Source of the DNA: a virus
Lineage: Duplodnaviria; Heunggongvirae; Uroviricota; Caudoviricetes
Direction: 5' to 3' (one strand)
DNA length: 30,495 bases
IMG/VR virus record: IMGVR_UViG_2778261162_000001
Location: 1-30,495 of that record
Below are positions 22,312 through 30,220 of the stretch, one piece after another. A program made the position numbers and the translations under genes. A model generated the notes under the pieces. The model was not told the DNA's origin. It saw only the letters and a program-made list of their open reading frames with translations, and made no database searches. Positions within the stretch are counted from its first letter, which is position 1; the number at the start of each line of letters is the position of its first letter.

Positions 22312-22447
22312 CCATTAATCACCAGATGCTTCGTGCTGCACAGAACAAAGCAGTAATAGCCAGATTTATTGGTGATTCAAAAATGTGGCTTGAAGCAAAT
22401 AAAGCGATGAAATCAGCTATCAACCTTCCGTGGTATCGCAGGAAATG
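22296..22447 (+). CDS. kil: Kil-like small protein
   Basis: 50 aa ORF MRNEIAINHQMLRAAQNKAVIARFIGDSKMWLEANKAMKSAINLPWYRRK; ARFIGDSKMWLEA resembles lambda Kil ATFIGDEKMFREA; canonical position after cIII. Confidence 0.5.
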
Positions 22448-22702
22448 AGTTTTACAGATAACTGGTCAGACGAAGAATTCATTCGTCAGATGAAAGATTT
22501 AATCGGTAACGAAGGAGATATTCATGTCACTTGCAACCACAGTGAAGGAGAGCAAGTTACAGAGACGCATGTACACGCAGAAAGCTCTCTGGTATCGCCA
22601 TAATGGTGACCGCGAAGGAATGCGGGTATGCCTTAATTTGTCCCGAGTCGAAGTATTAAATCAGCGTTATTTCCTTGGGCCGTGTCCATTCTGAGGTGAA
22701 TT

Positions 22703-23410
22703 ATGGATTTGAACAAATTCGATGAGCCATTCAGCCCTGAAGATATCGAATGGCGAATACAGCAAAGCGGTAAAACACGCGATGGCAAGGTGTGGGCTAT
22801 GGTGCTGGCTTATGTCACGAACCGGGCAATCATGAAACGCCTGGACGATGTTTGCGGCAAAGCAGGATGGCGCAATGAATACCGCGATATTCCCAACAAC
22901 GGCGGAGTTGAATGCGGCATATCAATCAAGATTGATTCCGAATGGGTAACCAAATGGGATGCTGCTGAAAACACGCAGGTAGAAGCCGTCAAAGGTGGTC
23001 GTTCAGGTGCAATGAAGCGTGCTGCCGTTCAGTGGGGAATCGGTCGGTATCTGTATAACCTTGAGGAAGGTTTCGCACAAACATCTCTCGATAAAAAGCA
23101 GGGGTGGCACAGGGCAAAACTGAAGGATGGAACAGGATTTTGCTGGCTCCCTCCATCGCTGCCGGGATGGGCAATCCCAGCATCAGATAACAAACCATCA
23201 CCAGAAAATACCAACCAGAAATCTCCATCGGTTGACTGCGAACAAATCCTGAAAGACTTCAGCGATTATGCGTCAACAGAAACTGACAAGAAAAAACTCA
23301 TCGAGCGTTATCAGCGTGACTGGCAATTAATGGCTGGCAACGAGGAGGCGCAGGCTAAATGCGTTCAGGTAATGAACATCAGAGTTAACGAACTAAAACA
23401 GGCGGCATAA
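22703..23410 (+). CDS. Single-strand annealing recombinase (Rad52-like family)
   Basis: 235 aa; occupies the bet position in the PL operon, directly upstream of ssb; the central motif MKRAAVQWGIGRYLY is remembered as Rad52-like. Confidence 0.65.
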   Translation: MDLNKFDEPFSPEDIEWRIQQSGKTRDGKVWAMVLAYVTNRAIMKRLDDVCGKAGWRNEYRDIPNNGGVECGISIKIDSEWVTKWDAAENTQVEAVKGGRSGAMKRAAVQWGIGRYLYNLEEGFAQTSLDKKQGWHRAKLKDGTGFCWLPPSLPGWAIPASDNKPSPENTNQKSPSVDCEQILKDFSDYASTETDKKKLIERYQRDWQLMAGNEEAQAKCVQVMNIRVNELKQAA

Positions 23411-23917
23411 ATGGCAAGCAGAGGCGCAAATAAGGTGATTATCCTTGGTCGGGTAGGACAAGACCCGGAAGTTCGATACTCACCATCAGGAACAGCGTTC
23501 GCTAACCTGACAATAGCCACGTCAGAACAATGGCGAGATAAAAATACTGGCGAGCAAAAGGAATTGACTGAATGGCATCGTGTTGCTGTATCCGGGAAAC
23601 TGGCTGAGGTCGTGGGGCAGTATGTGAAAAAAGGTGATCAGATTTATTTCGAGGGAATGCTGAGAACCAGAAAGTGGAAAGACCAGTCAGGGCAAGACCG
23701 TTACACAACCGAGGTTCATGTCGGAATTAATGGCGTGATGCAAATGCTTGGCGGCATTGGCGACAGCAAACAACAAGCAGCCAGCAGGCAATCACAGAAG
23801 CCACAGCAGCAATCATCACCAGCACAACACAACGAACCTCCGATGGATTTTGACGACGATATACCCTTTGCACCAGTAACTCTCCCCTTCCCTCGTCACG
23901 CTATTCACGCAATTTAA
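23411..23917 (+). CDS. ssb: Single-stranded DNA-binding protein
   Basis: 168 aa; OB-fold N-terminus [23 protein letters not shown]..., Gln/Pro-rich linker, acidic C-terminal tail DFDDDIPF. Confidence 0.9.
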   Translation: MASRGANKVIILGRVGQDPEVRYSPSGTAFANLTIATSEQWRDKNTGEQKELTEWHRVAVSGKLAEVVGQYVKKGDQIYFEGMLRTRKWKDQSGQDRYTTEVHVGINGVMQMLGGIGDSKQQAASRQSQKPQQQSSPAQHNEPPMDFDDDIPFAPVTLPFPRHAIHAI

Positions 23918-23930
23918 TCAGGAGAAAATC

Positions 23931-24224
23931 ATGCCAGCGCCTCTGTATGGTGCGGATGACGCGCGCCGCTGTTCCGGCAATTCCGTATCGGAGGTGCTGG
24001 ATAAATTCAGGAAAAACTACAACCGGATAATGTCGCTACCGCAGGAAACGAAAGAGGAAAAGGAATTTCGCCATTGTATATGGCTTGCAGAGAAAGAAGA
24101 ACGCGAGCGAATTTACCAGACATCAATCCGACCATTCCGCAAAGCCACATATACCCACTTCCCTGAAATTGACCCGCGCCTGCGTAATTACCGCTCACGC
24201 TATGGCGCTATCAGTAATGACTGA
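23931..24224 (+). CDS. Early-left protein of unknown function
   Basis: 97 aa ORF, co-oriented, 13 nt after ssb. Confidence 0.5.
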   Translation: MPAPLYGADDARRCSGNSVSEVLDKFRKNYNRIMSLPQETKEEKEFRHCIWLAEKEERERIYQTSIRPFRKATYTHFPEIDPRLRNYRSRYGAISND

Positions 24225-24234
24225 GGAATTTACC

Positions 24235-24399
24235 ATGAGAGGACTTGCATACAATCCCGGCATTCTTCCGGCAGAAATGATTATTCGCCAACGCGTAAAG
24301 CCAATGCCATCGAGAGAGGAATTGCTTAAGAGAAATTCTTTTCCATCAGTAAATCAAAACAAATATCTGAATGCGATGTGGCGGAGTGGGAAGAAATGA
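24235..24399 (+). CDS. Small early protein of unknown function
   Basis: 54 aa ORF from ATG with Shine-Dalgarno GAGGAA 7 nt upstream; under the 60 aa track threshold. Confidence 0.35.
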   Translation: MRGLAYNPGILPAEMIIRQRVKPMPSREELLKRNSFPSVNQNKYLNAMWRSGKK

Positions 24400-24674
24400 A
24401 ACAAATGTCACTAATTGAGATGGATGGATTTCTGAAAGGTAAATGCATCCCACGAGATTTAAAGGTTAACGAAACAAACGCTGAATATCTTGTCCGTAAG
24501 TTCGGTGAACTTGAATCAAAACTCAACGAGCAGCGTGAGTATTACGAAGGTGTTATCTCGGATGGGAGTAAGCGCATTGCTGAACTGGAGAAAAGCGAAG
24601 AGCAACTCATTATTGAGCAAGCAACTCACTGGATGCCACTACCAGAACCGCCACAGGAGTCGAAGAGTGAATAA
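24378..24674 (+). CDS. Early-left protein of unknown function (coiled-coil-like)
   Basis: 98 aa ORF; the actual start may be the Met at 24396 or 24405. Confidence 0.45.
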   Translation: MAEWEEMKQMSLIEMDGFLKGKCIPRDLKVNETNAEYLVRKFGELESKLNEQREYYEGVISDGSKRIAELEKSEEQLIIEQATHWMPLPEPPQESKSE

Positions 24675-24888
24675 AGCAGAGTTATTTCAGAAAATATCGG
24701 CTCTCGCGACTGAATGCCACGCTATAGCATCTGAGCTTGATGTTGGCGATGAACGAACCGAGATGTTCGAAATATACAGTGTGCTGCGCAATCTCTGTCG
24801 GCGTGGCTACGCCACTCAAGTAGGGCGAATGACTAACCCACTACTCTCATCCTGTGATGAGGATGACTCGGATGAGGATGACGAATGA
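24666..24888 (+). CDS. Small acidic early protein of unknown function
   Basis: 74 aa from GTG at 24666 preceded by AGGAG; acidic C-terminus DEDDSDEDDE; translationally coupled to the next gene. Confidence 0.4.
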
Positions 24889-25550
24889 TGCATAAATCAG
24901 TAGCCGGTGAGTTTCAGAAGGAAGTCGATAATACTACCGTTCTATTGGACGATATTTTAAGCATTCTCGCGCTGCTTGAGGCTGGCGATTGGTCAGAACA
25001 TTGCACTAAAACAGAGCTAGGCGGTCGGCTTGAAAGAGAGATTACACGACTTATTGGTGATGCGCAGGAAGCTACAGTCACTAGTTATGAGTTAATCGCT
25101 GAAGCCTGGCGTTTGATGGATGGACAAGATCCTAAAACCAGCGATTGGCATAGCAAGGCTTCGAAGTATTTAAATTCCAATAGGGTAGAAAAAGTTGATG
25201 ATGTGAAACCGAAGCCAGTAGACCACGGTTTCCGCGATAACTGCGAATGCTCTAGTTGCCAGACCACGGCCCGTATTTGTTCCGAATTGACAGATAAGTC
25301 CAGCCTAATCTACGAAGTTAATGTAGGCGGTAATACATGGGTCGAATGCACAAGAGCTGCATACGTAAGAGCAAAAGACAAGGGTGAATTAACCAGAGTT
25401 GTTACCAATCACCCAAATAATGAGCTTAAAGATCACCAGATTCGAGAACTGGTGAACGAGTTGAGGGATATTGCGGTTCAGTACCACGGAACGCAGCAAT
25501 TGCGGGAGAAGATTGCCAGAGCAGTGAACAACTCAGTCCGTAAAAAATAA
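24885..25550 (+). CDS. Early-left protein of unknown function (221 aa, Cys cluster CECSSC)
   Basis: Last gene of the PL-direction operon before a strong hairpin at 25569-25591. Confidence 0.55.
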   Translation: MMHKSVAGEFQKEVDNTTVLLDDILSILALLEAGDWSEHCTKTELGGRLEREITRLIGDAQEATVTSYELIAEAWRLMDGQDPKTSDWHSKASKYLNSNRVEKVDDVKPKPVDHGFRDNCECSSCQTTARICSELTDKSSLIYEVNVGGNTWVECTRAAYVRAKDKGELTRVVTNHPNNELKDHQIRELVNELRDIAVQYHGTQQLREKIARAVNNSVRKK

Positions 25551-25605
25551 GCAATAGTACGATAAAGAGGCCCCATGCTCTTGATGGGGCCTGTAGCAAC
25601 TAGCG

Positions 25606-25689
25606 TTATGGACGCTGGTTTACGTACTCAATGATCGCTTTGATAATCGCGAACATCGGCGGCACGATTTTGAACAGTAAGTTAACCAT
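25606..25689 (-). CDS. Candidate small peptide (27 aa, partly hydrophobic), speculative
   Basis: ATG preceded by GAGG at 6 nt spacing; peptide MVNLLFKIVPPMFAIIKAIIEYVNQRP; followed on the minus strand by the 8 bp GC-rich hairpin at 25569-25591. Confidence 0.3.
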   Translation of the reverse strand: MVNLLFKIVPPMFAIIKAIIEYVNQRP

Positions 25690-25993
25690 AACAGGCCTCA
25701 CTTAGTTTTATCGCGCCTAGCTGCAAATACCTTTGGGCTTGCCTTTGCAGTTGCAATATCTGTAGTCGCCAGATACTTACGGCACGATTTCGAGTTAAGG
25801 TAAGGTTTTAGAGTCACCAAAAACCTGGACTTAAATCTTCTTTGAGAACAACGATGTTTAGTAAATGGTCATTATTACCTGGTATGACCACTCAACGTTT
25901 CTTGATGAATCCAGTACATTCGGTTAATCTTAATTCAGTCGCCAGATACTTATGGCTCAGGAACAGAGCCGCAAACTCTGTTTCCTTTTAAAA

Positions 25994-26020
25994 AGCCCAG
26001 CCTAGTCAACTGGGCTTTTT
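25994..26020. terminator. Bidirectional rho-independent terminator-like hairpin
   Basis: Stem AGCCCAG/CTGGGCT with 9 nt loop, flanked by an A-run upstream and a T-run downstream. Confidence 0.55.
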
Positions 26021-26315
26021 AATGTCTATTTTTAACCCAATGAACCTTCAATACCGCAACATCAATGTCTTGCGAATTAAGATAGTGTGTATAGGTTATA
26101 CATGCAAGTGCATAACTCTGTGGATAACTCAGGAAGGAAAAAGTAGCTTCCGCGCAATTTAGGCCAGACAAGGCTTTCGCAAAAGTCAACGGAGAGAAAA
26201 AATTTGTTAAAAATAACGTTTGTTGGAATAGTATATATTTATGCCTTTCAATAGTTAGCATCTTATTAACATCTTTTTTAAGAGATAGAGTTCAAAAATA
26301 TATAGCTTCAACATA

Positions 26316-26335
26316 TACTGTATATATACACAGCA
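26316..26335 (+). promoter_or_regulatory. LexA box (SOS operator) upstream of the UmuD'-like gene
   Basis: TACTGTATATATACACAGCA fits CTG-N10-CAG with an AT-rich centre; 17 bp upstream of the start codon. Confidence 0.65.
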
Positions 26336-26351
26336 TTAAGAGGCGAGTATT

Positions 26352-26807
26352 ATGGGCTTCCCTTCTCCTGCGGCGGATTATGCTGAGAGCCGTATTTCTC
26401 TTGATCAGCAGATAATTAGACATCCTTCAGCGACCTACTTCTTGAGGGCAGCTGGTAGCCATCATCGTGAGGGAATATTGCAGGGTGCATTGCTGGTGGT
26501 CGATTCATCACTCACTCCTGTTGATGGATCTCTTCTTGTATGTGCTCTGGATGGGGAATATCGCGTAAAAAGATACCGGAAGTATCCGCGCCGCCATGAT
26601 TGTCTTTCTCCTAATGCAGGAAAAGCAGAATGGCTAAATCATCAGCAGAGCGCAAAGCCGATCAGAGAGCCAAGCAAGCATCATCCGGTATGCGTAAGCT
26701 GGAGCTTGTACTTGATGCTCAGGAAATTGAAATGCTGGATCGTAACTGAGCCACGCGCCGCTTCAGGCATTCGCCTTGCGAGTTTGGTGAGTACATCGCG
26801 TTACTGA
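26352..26807 (+). pseudogene. UmuD'-like (LexA/S24 fold) gene, probably degenerate: similarity to UmuD 25-110 only, catalytic Ser apparently replaced, divergent C-terminus
   Basis: MGFPSPAADYAESRISLDQQIIRHPSATYFLRAAGSHH...LLVVDSS...ALDGEYRVKR aligns to E. coli UmuD from the Cys24-Gly25 cleavage site onward; GDSM is replaced by GSHH; no similarity after about residue 90. Confidence 0.5.
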
Positions 26808-26968
26808 GCCGCCAGGATGATGCACATGTGCGCTGGCGTATAAAATCGATCAGCAGAAAACGTTGCGGTAAGTGCGGCGAGAGAGTTCCTGTTAATTCAT
26901 GCCCGTGTAATGGTGACTCACAATGCTGGGTGACCAAAGGCTGGCACGAAACAAAATTAATGATATAA
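26630..26968 (+). pseudogene. ORF interrupted by in-frame TGA at 26747-26749; downstream part Cys-rich (zinc-finger-like)
   Basis: Shine-Dalgarno AGGAAAAG then MAKSSAERKADQRAKQASSGMRKLELVLDAQEIEMLDRN, TGA, then 72 in-frame codons ending ...RKRCGKCGERVPVNSCPCNGDSQCWVTKGWHETKLMI. Confidence 0.35.
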
Positions 26969-26996
26969 ATCTCTGTGACATGTCACGGAGGCGGCA

Positions 26997-27425
26997 ATGA
27001 AATTAGACCAGCAATATCTAAAAGATCTACTTATCGCATTCGAAAAAACTCGTGGCCCTGACACGATGCTTAGTGAACTAGAGGATAATGGCTTTAATAG
27101 ATATGACCAAGATTTTATTTTCCATATGCGATTATTATATGACTACGAATTAATAGTCAGGGTTGATGGAAAACCTGGGTTCGGTCATATAATGTCCAAA
27201 GCGTTAGGGGAAGGTGTTGGATATAGTTGGATCGAAGTACCACTGAGGTTGACAGCAAGAGGGCATGATTTTATTGCTGACTTACGTCAAAAGGATGTCT
27301 GGCAAGCTATAAAAACAAACTTTAAGGATGAGGGAATTAGTACACTTATGAGTGTTTCAAAATCACTAGCAAAAGGCTTTGCAAGGAAAAAGATAAAAGA
27401 TATTACAGGAATAGATATTGAATAA
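26997..27425 (+). CDS. Protein of unknown function (142 aa)
   Basis: Strong Shine-Dalgarno GGAGG; perfect 12 bp palindrome GTGACATGTCAC at 26975-26986 just upstream; own terminator-like hairpin downstream. Confidence 0.5.
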   Translation: MKLDQQYLKDLLIAFEKTRGPDTMLSELEDNGFNRYDQDFIFHMRLLYDYELIVRVDGKPGFGHIMSKALGEGVGYSWIEVPLRLTARGHDFIADLRQKDVWQAIKTNFKDEGISTLMSVSKSLAKGFARKKIKDITGIDIE

Positions 27426-27470
27426 TTCTTAGCATCAAGCAACTACTGCCTTTGGTGGAAATTATATCTG

Positions 27471-27495
27471 AACTCGCTACGGCGAGTTTTGTTTT
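27471..27495 (+). terminator. Terminator-like hairpin
   Basis: Stem ACTCGC/GCGAGT, loop TACG, followed by TTTTGTTTT. Confidence 0.5.
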
Positions 27496-27508
27496 ATGGA
27501 GATGATAA

Positions 27509-27676
27509 ATGCACTTCCGAGTCACAGGTGAATGGAATGGAGAGCCATTCAACAGGGTTATCGAAGCAGAGAACATCAACGACTGCTATAACCACTGGAT
27601 GATATGGGCGCAGATAGCGCATGCAGACGTAACCAATATTCGAATTGAAGAACTGAAAGAACACCATGCCGCCTGA
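27509..27676 (+). CDS. Small protein of unknown function (55 aa)
   Basis: Shine-Dalgarno GGAG 7 nt upstream; MHFRVTGEWNGEPFNRVIEAENINDCYNHWMIWAQIAHADVTNIRIEELKEHHAA; stop codon sits inside a terminator hairpin. Confidence 0.4.
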   Translation: MHFRVTGEWNGEPFNRVIEAENINDCYNHWMIWAQIAHADVTNIRIEELKEHHAA

Positions 27677-27689
27677 TGGCGGTTTTTTA
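27668..27689 (+). terminator. Rho-independent terminator
   Basis: Stem GCCGCC/GGCGGT, loop TGAT, followed by TTTTTT. Confidence 0.6.
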
Positions 27690-27702
27690 TTGGAGACAAG
27701 AA

Positions 27703-28047
27703 ATGTCAGATTTGGCTATGAAGGTTTTGAAATGGCAATCGACTGGCGATGTCGGCATCAGTAGCGCAACTCTTGCCTCAATCGCATGTGGACTGAAAAA
27801 GAATATCTATGGTCATAGCTTCGGTGCTCCACATGACGCAGCCGATTTCCGGCGATGCGTTGCACTTGTTGAGCAGATTCCAGAAATCAGAGATTCATTC
27901 GACAAGGTTGCAAAGCGCGTTCCGGCATTCAAAGGCATCCTCAACGAATGGGATTCTCTCGTTGCTCTGTTGAAGTCTGAAATGAAGATACACGGAAACA
28001 AAGCACCAGAGACTTACAGAAGAATCAGCGAGCTACGCAAGGACTAA
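27703..28047 (+). CDS. Protein of unknown function (114 aa)
   Basis: ATG with Shine-Dalgarno GGAGA upstream (the Met at 27676 lies inside the terminator and is less likely). Confidence 0.5.
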   Translation: MSDLAMKVLKWQSTGDVGISSATLASIACGLKKNIYGHSFGAPHDAADFRRCVALVEQIPEIRDSFDKVAKRVPAFKGILNEWDSLVALLKSEMKIHGNKAPETYRRISELRKD

Positions 28048-28129
28048 CCACAGTCTCACACTCGATGAGGCCTGTTCATTTCTCAAGATATCCAGACCTA
28101 CCATTGCTGCATCAATGCGGCTTTTTATT

Positions 28130-28150
28130 GCCTGATTTGCAGGTTCGATT
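28130..28150. repeat. Fragment resembling the T-arm of tRNA-Arg (argW); possible att scar
   Basis: ATTTGCAGGTTCGATTCC matches the recalled argW segment AATTGCAGGTTCGATTCC (17 of 18) and then diverges. Confidence 0.4.
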
Positions 28151-28171
28151 CCCTATTCGGAGATAGCACTC

Positions 28172-28372
28172 ATGCAACACGAACTACAGCCTGATTCACT
28201 GGTTGATTTGAAATTCATCATGGCTGATACTGGCTTCGGTAAGACCTTCATCTATGACCGGATTAAGTCCGGCGACCTGCCTAAAGCCAAAGTTATCCAC
28301 GGACGAGCAAGATGGTTATATCGTGACCATTGTGAATTCAAAAATAAGCTCTTAAGCCGCGCCAATGGGTAA
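28172..28372 (+). CDS. AlpA-family transcriptional regulator / excisionase-like protein
   Basis: 66 aa; KFIMADTGFGKTFIYDRIKSGDLPKAKVIHGRARWLYRDHCEF is typical of the AlpA HTH family found next to P4-type integrases. Confidence 0.75.
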   Translation: MQHELQPDSLVDLKFIMADTGFGKTFIYDRIKSGDLPKAKVIHGRARWLYRDHCEFKNKLLSRANG

Positions 28373-28440
28373 AATAGCGGGTAAAATATTTTTCACATCT
28401 AAAAAATACCATTCCAATCAATCCCCTGCCGCGCCAAGTA

Positions 28441-28460
28441 GATGCCTGCAGGGGACACCA
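28441..28460. repeat. Fragment matching the 3' end of tRNA-Arg (argW) including CCA; likely attR-type scar
   Basis: GATGCCTGCAGGGGACACCA versus the recalled argW 3' end GATTCCTGCAGGGGACACCA (19 of 20); upstream sequence does not form the rest of a tRNA. Confidence 0.5.
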
Positions 28461-28901
28461 GATACCCTTCAAACGAAATCTACCTTCACCCCGTAAAAGA
28501 TGGGTTTGGCAGCACACTTGCCTTATATCTACTCATTTTTACTGCAACAGGTTGAAATCTCAGCACTGTCAGAAAGCGCTGATGACTAAACAGCCCTGGG
28601 CCGGGCGATGTAACCATCACACAGAATCCTGATAGCGAAATATGGCGTGACTCGATACTTCACTCCGCAATGCATTCCTTGATGAATTCGCAGGACCGTG
28701 ATACACGGGACAGGTCACTGAATGACGACAATGTCCTGGAAATCAGCGAACCGCGCATCTGAAGTACATTTGAGCGACTGTACCAGAACATGAATGAGGC
28801 GTTTGGATTAGGCGATTATTAGCAGGGCTAAGCATTTTACTATTATTATTTTCCGGTTGAGGGATATAGAGCTATCGACAACAACCGGAAAAAGTTTACG
28901 T

Positions 28902-30149
28902 CTATATTGCTGAAGGTACAGGCGTTTCCATAACTATTTGCTCGCGTTTTTTACTCAAGAAGAAAATGCCAAATAGCAACATCAGGCAGACAATACCCGA
29001 AATTGCGAAGAAAACTGTCTGGTAGCCTGCGTGGTCAAAGAGTATCCCAGTCGGCGTTGAAAGCAGCACAATCCCAAGCGAACTGGCAATTTGAAAACCA
29101 ATCAGAAAGATCGTCGACGACAGGCGCTTATCAAAGTTTGCCACGCTGTATTTGAAGACGGATATGACACAAAGTGGAACCTCAATGGCATGTAACAACT
29201 TCACTAATGAAATAATCCAGGGGTTAACGAACAGCGCGCAGGAAAGGATACGCAACGCCATAATCACAACTCCGATAAGTAATGCATTTTTTGGCCCTAC
29301 CCGATTCACAAAGAAAGGAATAATCGCCATGCACAGCGCTTCGAGTACCACCTGGAATGAGTTGAGATAACCATACAGGCGCGTTCCTACATCGTGTGAT
29401 TCGAATAAACCTGCATAAAAGACAGGAAAAAGTTGTTGATCAAAAATGTTATAGAAAGACCACGTCCCCACAATAAATATGACGAAAACCCAGAAGTTTC
29501 GATCCTTGAAAACTGCGATAAAATCCTCTTTTTTTACCCCTCCCGCATCTGCCGCTACGCACTGGTGATCCTTATCTTTAAAACGCATGTTGATCATCAT
29601 AAATACAGCGCCAAATAGCGAGACCAACCAGAAGTTGATATGGGGACTGATACTAAAAAATATGCCGGCAAAGAACGCGCCAATAGCATAGCCAAAAGAT
29701 CCCCAGGCGCGCGCTGTTCCATATTCGAAATGAAAATTTCGCGCCATTTTATCGGTGAAGCTATCAAGCAAACCGCATCCCGCCAGATACCCCAAGCCAA
29801 AAAATAGCGCCCCCAGAATTAGACCTACAGAAAAATTGCTTTGCAGTAACGGTTCATAAACGTAAATCATAAACGGTCCGGTCAAGACCAGGATGAAACT
29901 CATACACCAGATGAGCGGTTTCTTCAGACCGAGTTTATCCTGAACGATGCCGTAGAACATCATAAATAGAATGCTGGTAAACTGGTTGACCGAATAAAGT
30001 GTACCTAATTCCGTCCCTGTCAACCCTAGATGTCCTTTCAGCCAAATAGCGTATAACGACCACCACAGCGACCAGGAAATAAAAAAGAGAAATGAGTAAC
30101 TGGATGCAAAACGATAGTACGCATTTCTGAATGGAATATTCAGTGCCAT
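28902..30149 (-). CDS. cscB: Sucrose:proton symporter CscB (LacY-family MFS permease)
   Basis: 415 aa translation begins MALNIPFRNAYYRFASSYSFLFFISWSLWWSLYAIWLKGH and is recognised as E. coli CscB over its length; 12 TM helices. Confidence 0.95.
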   Translation of the reverse strand: MALNIPFRNAYYRFASSYSFLFFISWSLWWSLYAIWLKGHLGLTGTELGTLYSVNQFTSILFMMFYGIVQDKLGLKKPLIWCMSFILVLTGPFMIYVYEPLLQSNFSVGLILGALFFGLGYLAGCGLLDSFTDKMARNFHFEYGTARAWGSFGYAIGAFFAGIFFSISPHINFWLVSLFGAVFMMINMRFKDKDHQCVAADAGGVKKEDFIAVFKDRNFWVFVIFIVGTWSFYNIFDQQLFPVFYAGLFESHDVGTRLYGYLNSFQVVLEALCMAIIPFFVNRVGPKNALLIGVVIMALRILSCALFVNPWIISLVKLLHAIEVPLCVISVFKYSVANFDKRLSSTIFLIGFQIASSLGIVLLSTPTGILFDHAGYQTVFFAISGIVCLMLLFGIFFLSKKREQIVMETPVPSAI

Positions 30150-30220
30150 AATTACCTGCCTGTCGTTAAAAAATTCACGTCCTATTTAGAGATAAGAGCG
30201 ACTTCGCCGTTTACTTCTCA

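Noticed and set aside
26747-26749. In-frame TGA as a possible selenocysteine codon
   Set aside because: No obvious SECIS-like hairpin at the expected distance downstream and the context is a decaying island; a nonsense mutation is the simpler explanation, though readthrough is not excluded.
26719-26937. 72 aa minus-strand ORF in the island remnant
   Set aside because: Antisense to the TGA-interrupted ORF; no ribosome-binding site and no recognisable features.
25551-28900. Search for integrase or excisionase genes at the expected prophage end
   Set aside because: No ORF with tyrosine or serine recombinase characteristics is present; only an AlpA-family gene and att-like fragments, so no integrase feature is reported.
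28840-28900. Inverted repeat TTTCCGGTTG...CAACCGGAAA downstream of cscB as a terminator
   Set aside because: The loop is about 20 nt and there is no U-run on the relevant strand, so a classical intrinsic terminator is not supported; it may still be a regulatory palindrome.
29152-29800. Several short ORFs (61-72 aa) on both strands within cscB
   Set aside because: cscB is identified over its full length; these are off-frame or antisense artefacts.
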